The notes under the pieces were generated by a model. The model was not told where the DNA came from and did no database searches. It worked only from the letters and a program-made list of their open reading frames with translations. 64,000 nucleotides of DNA from NCBI GenBank assembly GCA_963724765.1, contig CAVRVY010000004.1, positions 320,001-384,000 on the forward strand, in the 5' to 3' direction. Positions 52,799 to 63,621 of this stretch are shown here, piece after piece. The DNA is from an uncultured delta proteobacterium. Its GTDB lineage: Bacteria; Desulfobacterota; Binatia; Binatales; Binataceae. How positions within the stretch are numbered: the stretch's first letter is position 1; every line of letters begins with the position of its first letter. Made by a program: the position numbers and the translations under genes.

Positions 52799-55036
52799 TT
52801 AGGGCGGAACACCGGGCCGTGCAACGCGCGCCGCGGCGCTCGCGAGTCCGGCGCGGGTGAACTCCATCACCATCAATGCGGGGACGCCGTTGTCGCTTGA
52901 CTGTTGCGACGGCGAAGGCGCGGAAAGCTTGCGCGGGAAGGGAAAATAGATCCCGGTCGAATCGGCGCCGTACTGCTCGATAAGCGGCTGCAAAGCCTCA
53001 TACGAGCCTTCGACGCCGATCGCCACGCGGCCCGGATGCCATCGTCCGAGAGCCCACTGCACCTGGAACATCCGGTTCGGGTTGAGCGTCGGAAAGGCGG
53101 GGCCGCCAAACCATCGTGGCGCCGCGCTCAGCACCTGCTGCTTGTGTGCGTCGAGCGTCTCCAGGTCCCCGCCACCGACGAGGTATCCTTCAGCGGCGCC
53201 GAGCAACACTTCAAATCGCGCCCGCGCATAGCGCTGCTGCATCTCGAGCGCGGTGACATGGAGATACGGCGCGAACCGCTCGGGCGCAAGCCGGTAGAGC
53301 GTCACACCGCCCACCTCGAGCGGCTGCACACCAAGCGTCGCGAGCAGGTCGCGGAGCGCCGCACGATCCTGCTCGGAGGGCGGAGTATGCATCCAGGTCG
53401 CAGCCGTCGGACGGCCCTGCTCGTTTTTGCTCAGCCAGTATTTCTGTGGACCCACGATTATCGCGGCGACCTGCTCGTGTGCCAGGAGCGCCTTGAGTTG
53501 GTCGCCCGCATCCGGGACGCCGGCGACGTCGTAAAGCGCCGCCATGATCGGCCAGCGTGCGTACTCGGGCGGAGCCAGCGGTGAGATGCCCAGGTATCCG
53601 CCGGCCAGGCGAAAATACATGTTGGTACCCAGTTGCCACTGCATACCGTCGCCATAAATCGGGTTCGGCAGAGTCATCACGGTCTCATCCGGCGTGAGAT
53701 ATTGCCGATAGAGGCCGGTCGAAAAGAAGGGCGGGATATCGAACGGGACTTTCCAGAATCGCGCCGACAGATTAGGCAGCATGAACGGCACCAGCGCCGC
53801 GCCCAATACCCATTTATGCGACGGGCGAACGCCGGCCGAAGCGAGCCACAGCGCGACGATTATCGCTAGCGCGAGAAACGCATACGCCATCATGCGGATC
53901 GGCACTATCTTGTTGAGCAGCGGAAACTGCAGAAGCAACGTCCACGGTGCGGCGATCGTCTGATGACCGGCGATCACTACGCGCGAACCCAAAGCTAGCA
54001 CGCAGAAGATGAGGAGCAGTTCAATCAGAATCCGCCCCATCGGCTCGCGAAACCGCGCCCTCGCGAACAAAACGGCAATCGCGATCAACGGCAACGCGAG
54101 ATAGGAAGTGGTCTCCGCCAGAGTCGCCAGGTAGGTGCTCGAAATTACGCCCGCGAACGCCGGCCGTCCCAGCTCGTTGACTGCGGTAGGGATCAGAAAA
54201 CTTACCAGGTCAGCCCCAAGCAGCGTCGGATCGAGCACCGATCCTCCCGAATGGCCAAAGGCGAACATGTGGTACAGGTATGGAGAAAGAATAATCGCGG
54301 CGATCGCGTAGGCCGCGCCAACTTGCAGCACGAGCCCCCACAAGCGGCGGCGCACATTGGCGTCGGTGAACGCGAGCGCCAGTGCGAAGACGATCGCGCC
54401 GGCAAGTGTCGCGCTCGCGGCCACTTCGGCAAAGAACAGGAATTGCGCAGCGATCAAAATAGCCAGCCCTGCCACGAAGCGGCCGAGCGCGATTTCACCA
54501 TGCAGCCGGCGCAGCACCAGCCACGCCGCCAACGGAACCGGGAACACCAGCGCAACGTCGAGATGCGTGAGCAACGCGGAGATGATGTACGAGGAAAAAC
54601 CGAACACCCATCCGCCGGCGATCGACGGCCAGTAGCTGTGCGTGATCCAGCGGCACAGAACAAATGCAGCCCATCCCGCGAGCGCCGGTGCGAGCAGGCA
54701 AAGAATGTTGTAGGCAACGACGGGGCCTAACGACCAGGTGACGGGCAGAGCCGCCATTGCGGCCAGTGGTACGATAGTCGCCCAGGCGAGACTAGCGCCC
54801 ACCGGCGCAAACAGGAGTTTTGTCGCGAAAGGGTTTATGCAATGCGTGATAGCGTATGCCCACCACGCCAGAAACCAGATCAACTGGGGTGAGTCGGGGC
54901 CACGGCCGATATACCAGGTCGAGAAATGACCGACCAATCCTCGGCCGAAGAACAGAAAGGAAAGTACTGAATAGAAAAGAAACGCACCGAGCGCCTCGCG
55001 GTCGAGCGCACGCGAATTCGGATTGACGTCAGCCAT
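52799..55036 (-). CDS. Polytopic membrane protein, GT-C glycosyltransferase-like
   Basis: Many TM helices; D..QLIWFLAW, NPF, FAPVG, VVAYN, FGFSSY; periplasmic MQWQ..F.LAGGY. Confidence 0.6.
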   Translation of the reverse strand: MADVNPNSRALDREALGAFLFYSVLSFLFFGRGLVGHFSTWYIGRGPDSPQLIWFLAWWAYAITHCINPFATKLLFAPVGASLAWATIVPLAAMAALPVTWSLGPVVAYNILCLLAPALAGWAAFVLCRWITHSYWPSIAGGWVFGFSSYIISALLTHLDVALVFPVPLAAWLVLRRLHGEIALGRFVAGLAILIAAQFLFFAEVAASATLAGAIVFALALAFTDANVRRRLWGLVLQVGAAYAIAAIILSPYLYHMFAFGHSGGSVLDPTLLGADLVSFLIPTAVNELGRPAFAGVISSTYLATLAETTSYLALPLIAIAVLFARARFREPMGRILIELLLIFCVLALGSRVVIAGHQTIAAPWTLLLQFPLLNKIVPIRMMAYAFLALAIIVALWLASAGVRPSHKWVLGAALVPFMLPNLSARFWKVPFDIPPFFSTGLYRQYLTPDETVMTLPNPIYGDGMQWQLGTNMYFRLAGGYLGISPLAPPEYARWPIMAALYDVAGVPDAGDQLKALLAHEQVAAIIVGPQKYWLSKNEQGRPTAATWMHTPPSEQDRAALRDLLATLGVQPLEVGGVTLYRLAPERFAPYLHVTALEMQQRYARARFEVLLGAAEGYLVGGGDLETLDAHKQQVLSAAPRWFGGPAFPTLNPNRMFQVQWALGRWHPGRVAIGVEGSYEALQPLIEQYGADSTGIYFPFPRKLSAPSPSQQSSDNGVPALMVMEFTRAGLASAAARVARPGVPP

Positions 55037-55162
55037 CCGACTTCCGGCAGCCGGCCGCAACAGAGGCCGTTAAACTTTTCGAGGGCAGATCCGATTCGAA
55101 ACCGGCGCGCACGTTTTGATATGTGACAAGAGCGTGCAGACCTGACATGCAAGCACGGGCAC

Positions 55163-56116
55163 TCAGTACTCGGGCTTGAAGTCGAAGTGATGGTACGCCT
55201 CGATGTAGCGTATCGTGCGGGTCTTCGAGCGCATCATCACGCTGTTGGTCCGCGCGCCGCCCGAGATAAATCGCACCCCGAAAAGATAGTCGCCGGTCGT
55301 CACCCCGGTCGCGGCGAACATCACGTTGTCGCCGGCCAGTTCCTCCAGCGGAAAGCGCCGTTTGAGGTCCAGGATGCCGCAGCTCAGGCAGGCTTCGGCC
55401 TCCTGCTGGTTGCGCGGCGCGAAGCGCGCCTGCATCTCGCCGCCCGCCGAACGGATCGCCGCCGCCGCCAGCACGCCCTGATGCGCCCCGCCGGTGCCGA
55501 TCAGCAGATCGATCTCGCTCTCGTGGCGCGTAGTGGCCACGGCCGCGGCCAGGTCGCCGGCTGAGAGCAGCTTGATTCCGGCGCCGGCGCGCCGTACCTC
55601 GGCGATCAGATTCTCATGACGCGGACGGTCGAGGATCGCGACCCGCAAGTCTTCGACGTAAACACTCTTGGCCTCGGCCAGGGCCTTCAGGTTATCGGTC
55701 GGCGAGCGGTCGATATCGATCACGCCGCGGCCGAGCGGACCGCAGGCGATTTTGTCCATGTAAGTATCGGGGCAGTTGAGCACTTTGCCCCGCTCGGCGA
55801 GCGCGATGCACGAGAGCGCATTGGGGCCGCCCGACGCTGCGATGTGTGGTCCTTCAAGCGCGTCGAGCGCGACATCGACCTCCGGGCCCGCGCCGGTGCC
55901 GACGATCTCGCCAATGTAAAGCTGGTCGGTCGAGCCTTGCTCGCCTTCGCCGATTACGATTTTGCCGTCGAAGGCGATCGAATTGAGCGCCTTGCGCATC
56001 GCGTCGCAGGCGGCGCGGTCGGCCGCCCGTTCGTCACCCCTACCGATAAAGCGCGCCACGGCCAGGGCCGCCGCTTCAGTGGCGCGAACAACTTCCAGGG
56101 CGAGATTTCGCTCCAT
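55163..56116 (-). CDS. glpX: Class II fructose-1,6-bisphosphatase
   Basis: VRATEAAA, IVIGEGE, LYIGE, YMDKIA, LDRPRH, ATGVTTG. Confidence 0.9.
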   Translation of the reverse strand: MERNLALEVVRATEAAALAVARFIGRGDERAADRAACDAMRKALNSIAFDGKIVIGEGEQGSTDQLYIGEIVGTGAGPEVDVALDALEGPHIAASGGPNALSCIALAERGKVLNCPDTYMDKIACGPLGRGVIDIDRSPTDNLKALAEAKSVYVEDLRVAILDRPRHENLIAEVRRAGAGIKLLSAGDLAAAVATTRHESEIDLLIGTGGAHQGVLAAAAIRSAGGEMQARFAPRNQQEAEACLSCGILDLKRRFPLEELAGDNVMFAATGVTTGDYLFGVRFISGGARTNSVMMRSKTRTIRYIEAYHHFDFKPEY

Positions 56117-56159
56117 CGTCGGGCGGGCCTCCCTTCAGCCAGCATCGGCACCCGAACCG

Positions 56160-57362
56160 CTAGCGTGTCCCGAGCAGCGATTCGATTAGCCGATAACCAT
56201 CCATCACCGACACGCCAGTGCGGGCGGCCTCGGCTTCGGTGTAGCGCCGCGCGCTAGCGCCTGCGCGTGCCGCGCCGAGCATAGCAAAGGGTACCGGCTC
56301 ATTCGAGTGCGTTTTCAATTTGCACGGCGTCGCATGGTCGGGCATCAGCAAGAGGCGAAAGTCGCCGAGCGCCGGCAAGTCGCGCAACAGCGGACCGATG
56401 ATCAATTCGTCGATCCGTTCGATCGCCTCGCGCTTAAGGTCCGCACGCCCCATGTGACCCGCTTCGTCGGGCGCCTCGATATGCAGCAGCAGGAAGTCGC
56501 GACGCTCGAGCGACTTGAGCCCGTAACGCGCCTTGGCCGCGTAGTCCGTGTCGAGGAAGCCCGTCGCGCCGGGCACCGTTATCCGCTCCAGGCCCGCGAG
56601 CCTTCCCAATCCGTTGACCAGGTCAACCGCCGAGATGACCGAGCCGTCGACGCCGAAGCGATCCTTCAGCGTTGGGACCGCGGGACGCCTGCCCTGTCCC
56701 CAAAACCACACGGAGGTTGCGGCCGGCTTGCCTGCCGCGGTCCGCGCGCGGTTGACCGGATGCTCGCGCAGAATCACCGCCGCGCGATCCATGATCGTGC
56801 GCAGCCGCTCAGCGCCTTCGCCTTGCGGCAGATGCGGTCCGGCCGGCTTGCCGGTGATGTCGTGCGGGGGTGTCAGATGCGTCGCGAGTGGCCCGCCGTG
56901 CCAGACCATCAGATGGCGATAGCTGACGCCGTTATGGAATTCGATTCCGTCGCCCGCGAGCTGCGATCGCAGGTCGGCGACGATCGCCCCCGCTTCCTCG
57001 GTCGTGATATGGCCCGACGTAAAGTCGTCCATCAGCGGCGCGCCGTCCGCGCCCGGCTTGAGCGAGACCAGGTTCATCCGGAACACCACGTCGTCGGGCG
57101 CAAGCTCGATTCCCTGGCTCGCCGCCTCGATCGGCGCGCGTCCGGTGTGATAGCGCGCCGGGTCATAACCGAGCATCGTCATCGTGCCAACGTCGCTGCC
57201 CGAGGGCATTCCGGCCGGGATAGTGGCAACCAATCCGAGCTCGCCGCGGGTCGCGAGCAGGTCCATGTTGGGCTTGTTGGCCGCTTCCAGCGGAGTCTTG
57301 CCGCCGAGTTCGTCGCACGGCCAGTCCGCCATCCCGTCGCCGTGGATGATGATGTATTTCAT
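56160..57362 (-). CDS. apgM: ApgM-type cofactor-independent phosphoglycerate mutase family protein
   Basis: GDGMAD, GKTPLEAA, GSDVG, HIEAPDEAGH, PDHATP. Confidence 0.88.
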   Translation of the reverse strand: MKYIIIHGDGMADWPCDELGGKTPLEAANKPNMDLLATRGELGLVATIPAGMPSGSDVGTMTMLGYDPARYHTGRAPIEAASQGIELAPDDVVFRMNLVSLKPGADGAPLMDDFTSGHITTEEAGAIVADLRSQLAGDGIEFHNGVSYRHLMVWHGGPLATHLTPPHDITGKPAGPHLPQGEGAERLRTIMDRAAVILREHPVNRARTAAGKPAATSVWFWGQGRRPAVPTLKDRFGVDGSVISAVDLVNGLGRLAGLERITVPGATGFLDTDYAAKARYGLKSLERRDFLLLHIEAPDEAGHMGRADLKREAIERIDELIIGPLLRDLPALGDFRLLLMPDHATPCKLKTHSNEPVPFAMLGAARAGASARRYTEAEAARTGVSVMDGYRLIESLLGTR

Positions 57363-57372
57363 TTTTTCACCG

Positions 57373-58476
57373 TCACCCGCCCTGCAAAATTTTCAGCACC
57401 TTGCCAACGTCGGGCTCGACCACGATCGTGTTGCTGAGGTTCTTGAGCGCCGTGTCAGGGTCTTTGAGCCCGTGGCCGGTGAGCGTGCACACGACCACCG
57501 AGCCCGGCAGCAGGCCGCCGGTCGCAGCGTACTTGAGCGCGCCCGCCACCGAAGCTGCGGACGCCGGCTCGGCGAAAACTCCCAGCGCCGCGATCAACCG
57601 GTAGGCGGCGAGAATCTCCGCGTCGGTTACGAGGTCGATTATCCCGCCCGACTGGTCGCGCGCGGCCTCGGCGCCTTTCCAGCTAGCCGGATTGCCGATT
57701 TTGATCGCGGTCGCCACCGTATGCGGATCGTCGATCGGATAGCCGAGGACGATCGGCGCCGACTCGGCCGCCTGGTAGCCCATCATCTTCGGCAATCGCG
57801 CCGAGAGCCCGTTGCTCTTATATTCCTTGTAGCCGGCCCAGTAGGCGGTGATGTTGCCCGCGTTGCCGACCGGCAAAAACTGATGCGTCGGCGCGTCGCC
57901 GAGCTGATCGCAGACCTCGAATGCCGCGGTCTTCTGGCCGGCGATACGGTCCGGGTTGATGCTGTTGACCAGGCGGATTCCCACCGGATCGCTCTCCGCC
58001 ACGTCGCGCACCACCTTCAAGCAAATGTCGAAGTTTCCAATTATCTCGATCACGCCCGCGCCATGCATCACGCTCTGCGAGAGCTTGCCCAGCGCCACCG
58101 CGCCCTTGGGAATCAGCACGAACGCACGCATCCCGGCGCGCCCCGCATAGGCGGCGGCAGAGGCTGCGGTGTTGCCGGTCGAGGCGCAGATCGCGATACG
58201 CGCGCCCTCGCCGAGCGCTTTGCTCATCGCGACGGTCATCCCGCGGTCCTTGAACGAGCCGGTCGGGTTGGCGCCCTCAAACTTCAAGTAACACTTTACA
58301 TCGTGGCCGAGCCGCGAGGCGATCTCAGGGCTCTCGATAAGCGGCGTATTGCCCTCGTTGAGCGTGACCACCGGCGTTTGCGCGTCGACCGGCAGGAAGC
58401 GGCGGTAATGTTCGATCAGTCCCGGCCATCGCACCAGACGCGCCGGCGCCGAACCGTTTTGTTTTCCACGCGCCAT
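57373..58476 (-). CDS. thrC: Threonine synthase
   Basis: EGNTPL, NPTGSFKDRG, CASTGNT, PVGNAGNI, LTGHGLKDPD. Confidence 0.94.
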   Translation of the reverse strand: MARGKQNGSAPARLVRWPGLIEHYRRFLPVDAQTPVVTLNEGNTPLIESPEIASRLGHDVKCYLKFEGANPTGSFKDRGMTVAMSKALGEGARIAICASTGNTAASAAAYAGRAGMRAFVLIPKGAVALGKLSQSVMHGAGVIEIIGNFDICLKVVRDVAESDPVGIRLVNSINPDRIAGQKTAAFEVCDQLGDAPTHQFLPVGNAGNITAYWAGYKEYKSNGLSARLPKMMGYQAAESAPIVLGYPIDDPHTVATAIKIGNPASWKGAEAARDQSGGIIDLVTDAEILAAYRLIAALGVFAEPASAASVAGALKYAATGGLLPGSVVVCTLTGHGLKDPDTALKNLSNTIVVEPDVGKVLKILQGG

Positions 58477-58480
58477 CGTG

Positions 58481-59809
58481 TTACAGCCGTTCCTCGATTC
58501 GGATGAAGGCCGGAGTGCCGCTCACCGTATGGAAGCGTTTGATCTGCGCGAGCGCGCGCTTGAGGTTGCGCTCGTGCGCTTCGTGCGTGCGCATGATAAC
58601 CGGCACCGTGCCCTCCATGCCGCGCCCCTGTTGGATCACGGACGCGATCGATATTCCGTTGCGCCCGAGCACCGAGGCGATCGCACCCAGCACGCCCGGC
58701 TTATCGCGCGCCTCGAAACGCAGGTAGTATTCGCATAGCACGTCGTCCATCGGCTTGACACGGGCTCGCGTCATCGAGGCCATCGGGTAGCCCAGCGCAT
58801 GGCCGCGCGCGCCTGCGCCGGCGCTTCGCGTCCGCGCAATTTCGAGCACGTCGGCCATCACGGCGGTCGCCGTCGGCATTTGTCCCGCCCCCAGTCCGAA
58901 ATACATCGTCGAGCCCAGCGCTTCGCCGTGGATGTAAATAGCGTTGAACGCGCCACCTACGCCGGCCAGCAGATGGCGCGTCGGAATCATCGTGGGATGC
59001 ACGCGGGCTTCGATCACGCCCTCGTCCTCCTTCGCGATCGCGAGCAGCTTGATCGTAAAGCCAAGCTCACGCGCGTAGGCGATATCGGCCTGCGTGATAC
59101 GGCCGATGCCTTCGGTGTAGACCTGCGGCGGCTTGAGCAGCGCTCCGAAGGCCAGCGTCACCAGCAGGCATAGCTTGTGCGCGGCGTCATGGCCTTCGAT
59201 ATCGAGCGCGGGATTGGCCTCCGCCAGGCCCGTGCGCTGAGCTTCGGCGAGCGCCTCGGAAAATTCGGCACCCTGCTCGGTCATCATAGTAAGGATGGAG
59301 TTGCACGTCCCGTTGACGATTCCGTAGACGGCGCGCTGGCGGTCGCCGGCCAGCGCTTCCCGTAACGTGCGGATGATCGGCACGCCGCCGCCGACGCTCG
59401 CCTCGAAGCCGATCGCCATCCCGGCCTTGGCCGCGGCCGCGAAAATGCGCTCGCCATGTTCCGCCAGCAGCGCCTTGTTGGCGGTGACGACGTCTTTGCC
59501 CGCGTCGAGCGCCTTCAGGATGAGCGCGCGGGCGGGCTCGATTCCGCCGAACAGCTCGACCACAATATCGACGTCCGGGCGCACGACCAGCGCGGCGGCG
59601 TCGCGCGTGATGAGTTTCGCGGTGAGCCCCAGGGCAGGAATGGGTCTGAGACTGCGATCGGCGACGCCGGCGAGTTCAAGCGGAGCGCCAAGCTTGCGCT
59701 CGTGCAGCGCGGCGTTGCGCCGCATCAGCTTGACCACGCCCTCGCCCACCGTGCCGCATCCGAGCAGGGCTACCCGTACCGGTTTCAACGGTGCACCAAG
59801 TCGCGCCAA
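58481..59809 (-). CDS. hom: Homoserine dehydrogenase with ACT domain
   Basis: GCGTVG, VVTANK, EASVGGGVP, NGTCN, DKPGVLG. Confidence 0.94.
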   Translation of the reverse strand: MARLGAPLKPVRVALLGCGTVGEGVVKLMRRNAALHERKLGAPLELAGVADRSLRPIPALGLTAKLITRDAAALVVRPDVDIVVELFGGIEPARALILKALDAGKDVVTANKALLAEHGERIFAAAAKAGMAIGFEASVGGGVPIIRTLREALAGDRQRAVYGIVNGTCNSILTMMTEQGAEFSEALAEAQRTGLAEANPALDIEGHDAAHKLCLLVTLAFGALLKPPQVYTEGIGRITQADIAYARELGFTIKLLAIAKEDEGVIEARVHPTMIPTRHLLAGVGGAFNAIYIHGEALGSTMYFGLGAGQMPTATAVMADVLEIARTRSAGAGARGHALGYPMASMTRARVKPMDDVLCEYYLRFEARDKPGVLGAIASVLGRNGISIASVIQQGRGMEGTVPVIMRTHEAHERNLKRALAQIKRFHTVSGTPAFIRIEERL

Positions 59810-59821
59810 TCGGGGTGCGCT

Positions 59822-61033
59822 CTAGGAGCCCGCGGCCGCGACGCGCGGACGCATCCCGGCCGGCGTCATGCGCAAGGCATGACGGATTCCGCGAATCGCC
59901 TGACGGGTGCGATGCTCGTTCTCGATGAGCGCGAAGCGCACGAAGCCGTCGCCGTCGGCGCCGAAGCCTACTCCGGGCGACACCGCGACCTTGGCCTCGG
60001 CGAGCAGGAACTTGGCGAACTCGAGCGAGCCCATCTCGCGAAACTGCTCGGGGATCGGCGCCCACACAAACATCGTGGCGCGGGGCTTTTCGACCGGCCA
60101 TCCAGCGCGGTTGAGCCCGTCGACCAGCGCGTCGCGCCGGCCGCGATAGAGTTCCGCGATCTCGCCCACGCACTCCTGTGGCCCGTTAAGAGCAGCGATC
60201 GCCGCGACCTGCACCGGCGCGAACATCCCGTAATCGAAATACGATTTGAGCCTGCCGAGCGCCGCGATCATCTCGCGGTTGCCCACCGCGAAGCCCACAC
60301 GCCATCCCGGCATGTTGTAGCTCTTGGAGAGCGTGAAAAATTCGACCCCGACCTCGCGCGCTCCGGCCACCTGCATCATCGAGGGCGCCCGGTAACCGTC
60401 GAAGCAGAGGTCCGCGTATGCGAAGTCATGGACGACCAGGATTTCATTCTCGCGCGCGAACTCCACCACTCGCTTCATAAAAGCGAGGTCGACGGTCGCC
60501 GTGGTCGGGTTATGCGGGAAGTTCATCACCAGCAGCTTGGGCCGCGGCCAGCATCGGTTAACCGTCGCCATCAGGGCGTCGAAAAAATCCTCGCCGCGGC
60601 TGATCGGCACGCCCTGCACCTGCGCGCCCGCGATTATGCATCCGTACTGATGAATCGGATAGGTCGGAGTAGGCGCGAGCACCACGTCGCCCTGGTCGAG
60701 GATCGCGAGCGCCAGATGCGCGATACCCTCCTTGGAGCCGATCGTGACGATCGCTTCAGAGTCGGGATCAAGCTCGACGCCGTAGCGGCGCCGGTACCAA
60801 TCGGTGATCGCGAGGCGCAGCTTGTAGACTCCGCGCGAGACCGAGTAGCGATGGTTCGGCGGCTTGGTCGCGGCCTCGACCAGCTTGGCCACGATATGCG
60901 CAGGCGTAGCCGCGTCGGGATTGCCCATGCCGAAGTCGATGATGTCCTCGCCCTCGCGCCGGGCCTTCAGACACAGTTCGCCAATCGCGTTGAAGACGTA
61001 AGGTGGCAGCCGCTTTATTCTGGGGAAATCCAT
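59822..61033 (-). CDS. alaC: AlaC-like class I/II aminotransferase
   Basis: [39 protein letters not shown]. Confidence 0.88.
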   Translation of the reverse strand: MDFPRIKRLPPYVFNAIGELCLKARREGEDIIDFGMGNPDAATPAHIVAKLVEAATKPPNHRYSVSRGVYKLRLAITDWYRRRYGVELDPDSEAIVTIGSKEGIAHLALAILDQGDVVLAPTPTYPIHQYGCIIAGAQVQGVPISRGEDFFDALMATVNRCWPRPKLLVMNFPHNPTTATVDLAFMKRVVEFARENEILVVHDFAYADLCFDGYRAPSMMQVAGAREVGVEFFTLSKSYNMPGWRVGFAVGNREMIAALGRLKSYFDYGMFAPVQVAAIAALNGPQECVGEIAELYRGRRDALVDGLNRAGWPVEKPRATMFVWAPIPEQFREMGSLEFAKFLLAEAKVAVSPGVGFGADGDGFVRFALIENEHRTRQAIRGIRHALRMTPAGMRPRVAAAGS

Positions 61034-61137
61034 TGTGCCATGCGATTTTGCGGGCGCGTTCCGCCGCGCCCGTGAGCCTTATTTTGTAACCGACGGCGCG
61101 CCCCGCCGCTAGTGGCCTCCGCCGCGCGCCAAATACG

Positions 61138-62115
61138 CTAGCGGCCGAGCGCTTCCCAGTTGACGCAGTTGAACGGAGCCTGCCCTGCTAGGATACGGAC
61201 GATGTTTGCGGCGACGCCGCGCGCGATGCCGCGATACGAAACGTCGGTGACCCCGGCGATATGCGAGGTTGCAACAACGTCTTGGCGGCCGAGCAGTGGA
61301 GAAGCTGGATCGAGCGGTTCCTGCTCGAACACGTCCAGGCCAGCGCCCATCAGACGCCCCTCGGCAAGCGCGTGCAGCATCGCCTGATGGCTCAGCAGGC
61401 CACCGCGCGCGGCGTTGATGATGCAGGCCTGCGCCGGGAGCATCGCGAGCGCGGCCTCGTCGATAATCTGGCGAGTCTGCTCGCTGAGCGGCACGCAAAG
61501 AAATAGATAGTCGCTGCGGCGCAATAATTCCGGCAGCCGCTCCGGCCCGCCCACCCATTCCATTCCCAGGCGCTCCGCAAGCGCCGGCTCGGGACGGCGC
61601 TGCAGGCCAATCAATCGCATCCCGAACGGACGCAGCCGCGCCGCGAGCGCCTGCCCGATACCGCCCAGGCCGATGATTCCCGCGGTGCGGCCCATCAGCG
61701 CCCGCCCAAGCGGCGTGCCCCAGGTTCCTCCGGCGCGGATATTCTCTTGCGCGAGCGGGAGCCGTCGACTGATCGCGATCGCCGCCATCACGCACCACTC
61801 CGCGACCGACTCCGCATTCCCAGTGCCCGGCGTGGGCACGTTGGCGACGGCAATTTTGCGTTCCGTGGCCGCCGCGATATCGACGCCCTCGAGGCCGGCA
61901 CCCCATTGCTGGACGAGGCGCAAACCCTCGATACGATCCATCAGCGCGCCGTCGATACGCGACATCGCCGGCAGCATCACGTCCGCGGCGTGGCCCTTCG
62001 CGCGCAGCGTCGCCACCTCGACCTGGTCGAGCTGCGCGCCGGGCAACGCCTCGACGAGGAACTGGCGCACCGCGGCGAATCCGGTTCCAGCCATGACTAC
62101 TCTGGGCGAAGGCAT
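61138..62115 (-). CDS. D-isomer-specific 2-hydroxyacid dehydrogenase
   Basis: NAESVAE, GLGGIG, INAARG, LDVFEQEP, HIAG. Confidence 0.88.
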   Translation of the reverse strand: MPSPRVVMAGTGFAAVRQFLVEALPGAQLDQVEVATLRAKGHAADVMLPAMSRIDGALMDRIEGLRLVQQWGAGLEGVDIAAATERKIAVANVPTPGTGNAESVAEWCVMAAIAISRRLPLAQENIRAGGTWGTPLGRALMGRTAGIIGLGGIGQALAARLRPFGMRLIGLQRRPEPALAERLGMEWVGGPERLPELLRRSDYLFLCVPLSEQTRQIIDEAALAMLPAQACIINAARGGLLSHQAMLHALAEGRLMGAGLDVFEQEPLDPASPLLGRQDVVATSHIAGVTDVSYRGIARGVAANIVRILAGQAPFNCVNWEALGR

Positions 62116-62207
62116 AGAGATTTCCTGGTTCGACGCCTCGAATCCGCTACATTTGAACCTTAGAGGGCGCGCGGCTGCAAGCGCATCGCGAATGTGCGCG
62201 TCACGGT

Positions 62208-63521
62208 CTATGAAACCGCAGGTGCGGCCGCCAGCGGCGCGCTCACATGGCGAATCGCCCAGAAGCAGGGCGCTGCGGCGAGCAGGATCAGCGCACCCAT
62301 CTCCCACGCCGCGGGGATTCCGAAAACGTCGGCCACGCGGCCGGCGGCGAGCAATCCGAGCGACCCGCCCATGGTTGAAAAGGTACTGTTGAAGCTCAGC
62401 AGCGTCGCGCGATCGTCGGCCTCGACATGTTCATTGAACCAGCTCTGGGTGAGCGGCTGCATCGCACCCGCGCAGAGGTTCATCACGAACAGGCTGATCA
62501 GCGCGACGGTCGGCCGATGAGCCATCGCGCCACCCACGAACAGCAGCGCGCTCGCGCCGGCGACGATCGCGGCGAGCCGCGCGCCACGGTCTCGCGCCTC
62601 GGTCCCGATGCGCACCACGGCCTCGGCGCCGATCATCCGCGCGACCGTGAACAGGCAGTAGAGGCATCCGACGATCCAGATTCCGACCCCGTAGCGGTCG
62701 TTGAAAAGCTGCGGCCATTCCAGCCAATACGGGGCCCAAGCCGCGAACGTCAGCGCACTCGTGCTGCTGAGCATCAGCACCGTGCGGCTGCGAAAACCCT
62801 GGCGCAGACCGGTCACAACGCGCGCCGCCACCTGCGCGAACAGGCCGCCGAGCTTAATTCGCATCGCGCCGGCGCGATACGCTCGCTCGTGATGATCCTC
62901 GCGCATCAGGTAGATCGCGGCCACGCCGGCCAGCGAGTAACCGGCCGCGCCCAGCATCCACGGCAGCGCGATATTGAAGTCAGCAACGTAGGCGCCGATT
63001 ATCGCGGCGCCCATGAAGCCAAAGTTGGTCAGTTGCGAGATGCGCGAGAAGAGCCGGTCCTTGATCCCGGCGAAGCCGGCCGCGTCCAGCGCATCGACGC
63101 CCCACGCGTCGATCGCGCCGTTGCACAGCGTGGTGCCAATGCCGTCGATACCCTCCGCGACCACGAACAGCAGGAAATGATGCGCGAAGAAATAGACCGT
63201 GAAGGCGGTGACGCGCGTCGCGCAGCCCAAGACGAACGAGCGCCGGCGGCCCATCGCGTCGGCGAAGGCGCCGGTCGGCACGTCGGTCAGGAACATTACG
63301 ACGAAGTAGCATGCCAGCACGCTGTTGATCTCGAACTGGTCGAGTCCGCGCGAACGCAGAAAGAGCGGATAGACGCCGTACAGAAAGCCGCCCGCGAACG
63401 CGTACCCCCACCACATCGCGTAGTAGCGCCGCGTGATGTCGCGCAGCGCCGCGCCGTTTCCGTCGCTTCCGTTCATGACGGGCGCCGGCGCGTCCTCGCC
63501 GTTTCTTTCCCCGGCTGACAT
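62208..63521 (-). CDS. MFS transporter
   Basis: DVPTGAFADAMGRRRS motif A; about 12 TM helices; RATLLSF. Confidence 0.88.
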   Translation of the reverse strand: MSAGERNGEDAPAPVMNGSDGNGAALRDITRRYYAMWWGYAFAGGFLYGVYPLFLRSRGLDQFEINSVLACYFVVMFLTDVPTGAFADAMGRRRSFVLGCATRVTAFTVYFFAHHFLLFVVAEGIDGIGTTLCNGAIDAWGVDALDAAGFAGIKDRLFSRISQLTNFGFMGAAIIGAYVADFNIALPWMLGAAGYSLAGVAAIYLMREDHHERAYRAGAMRIKLGGLFAQVAARVVTGLRQGFRSRTVLMLSSTSALTFAAWAPYWLEWPQLFNDRYGVGIWIVGCLYCLFTVARMIGAEAVVRIGTEARDRGARLAAIVAGASALLFVGGAMAHRPTVALISLFVMNLCAGAMQPLTQSWFNEHVEADDRATLLSFNSTFSTMGGSLGLLAAGRVADVFGIPAAWEMGALILLAAAPCFWAIRHVSAPLAAAPAVS

Positions 63522-63621
63522 CCTTTACACTCTTGCTCTACACTCTTGGGGGGCTCCCGACCTGCGGAGCAATCGGCCATCCGGAAGTTGCCGCGTGAAT
63601 CGACCAGTTTACGCCGACGAA

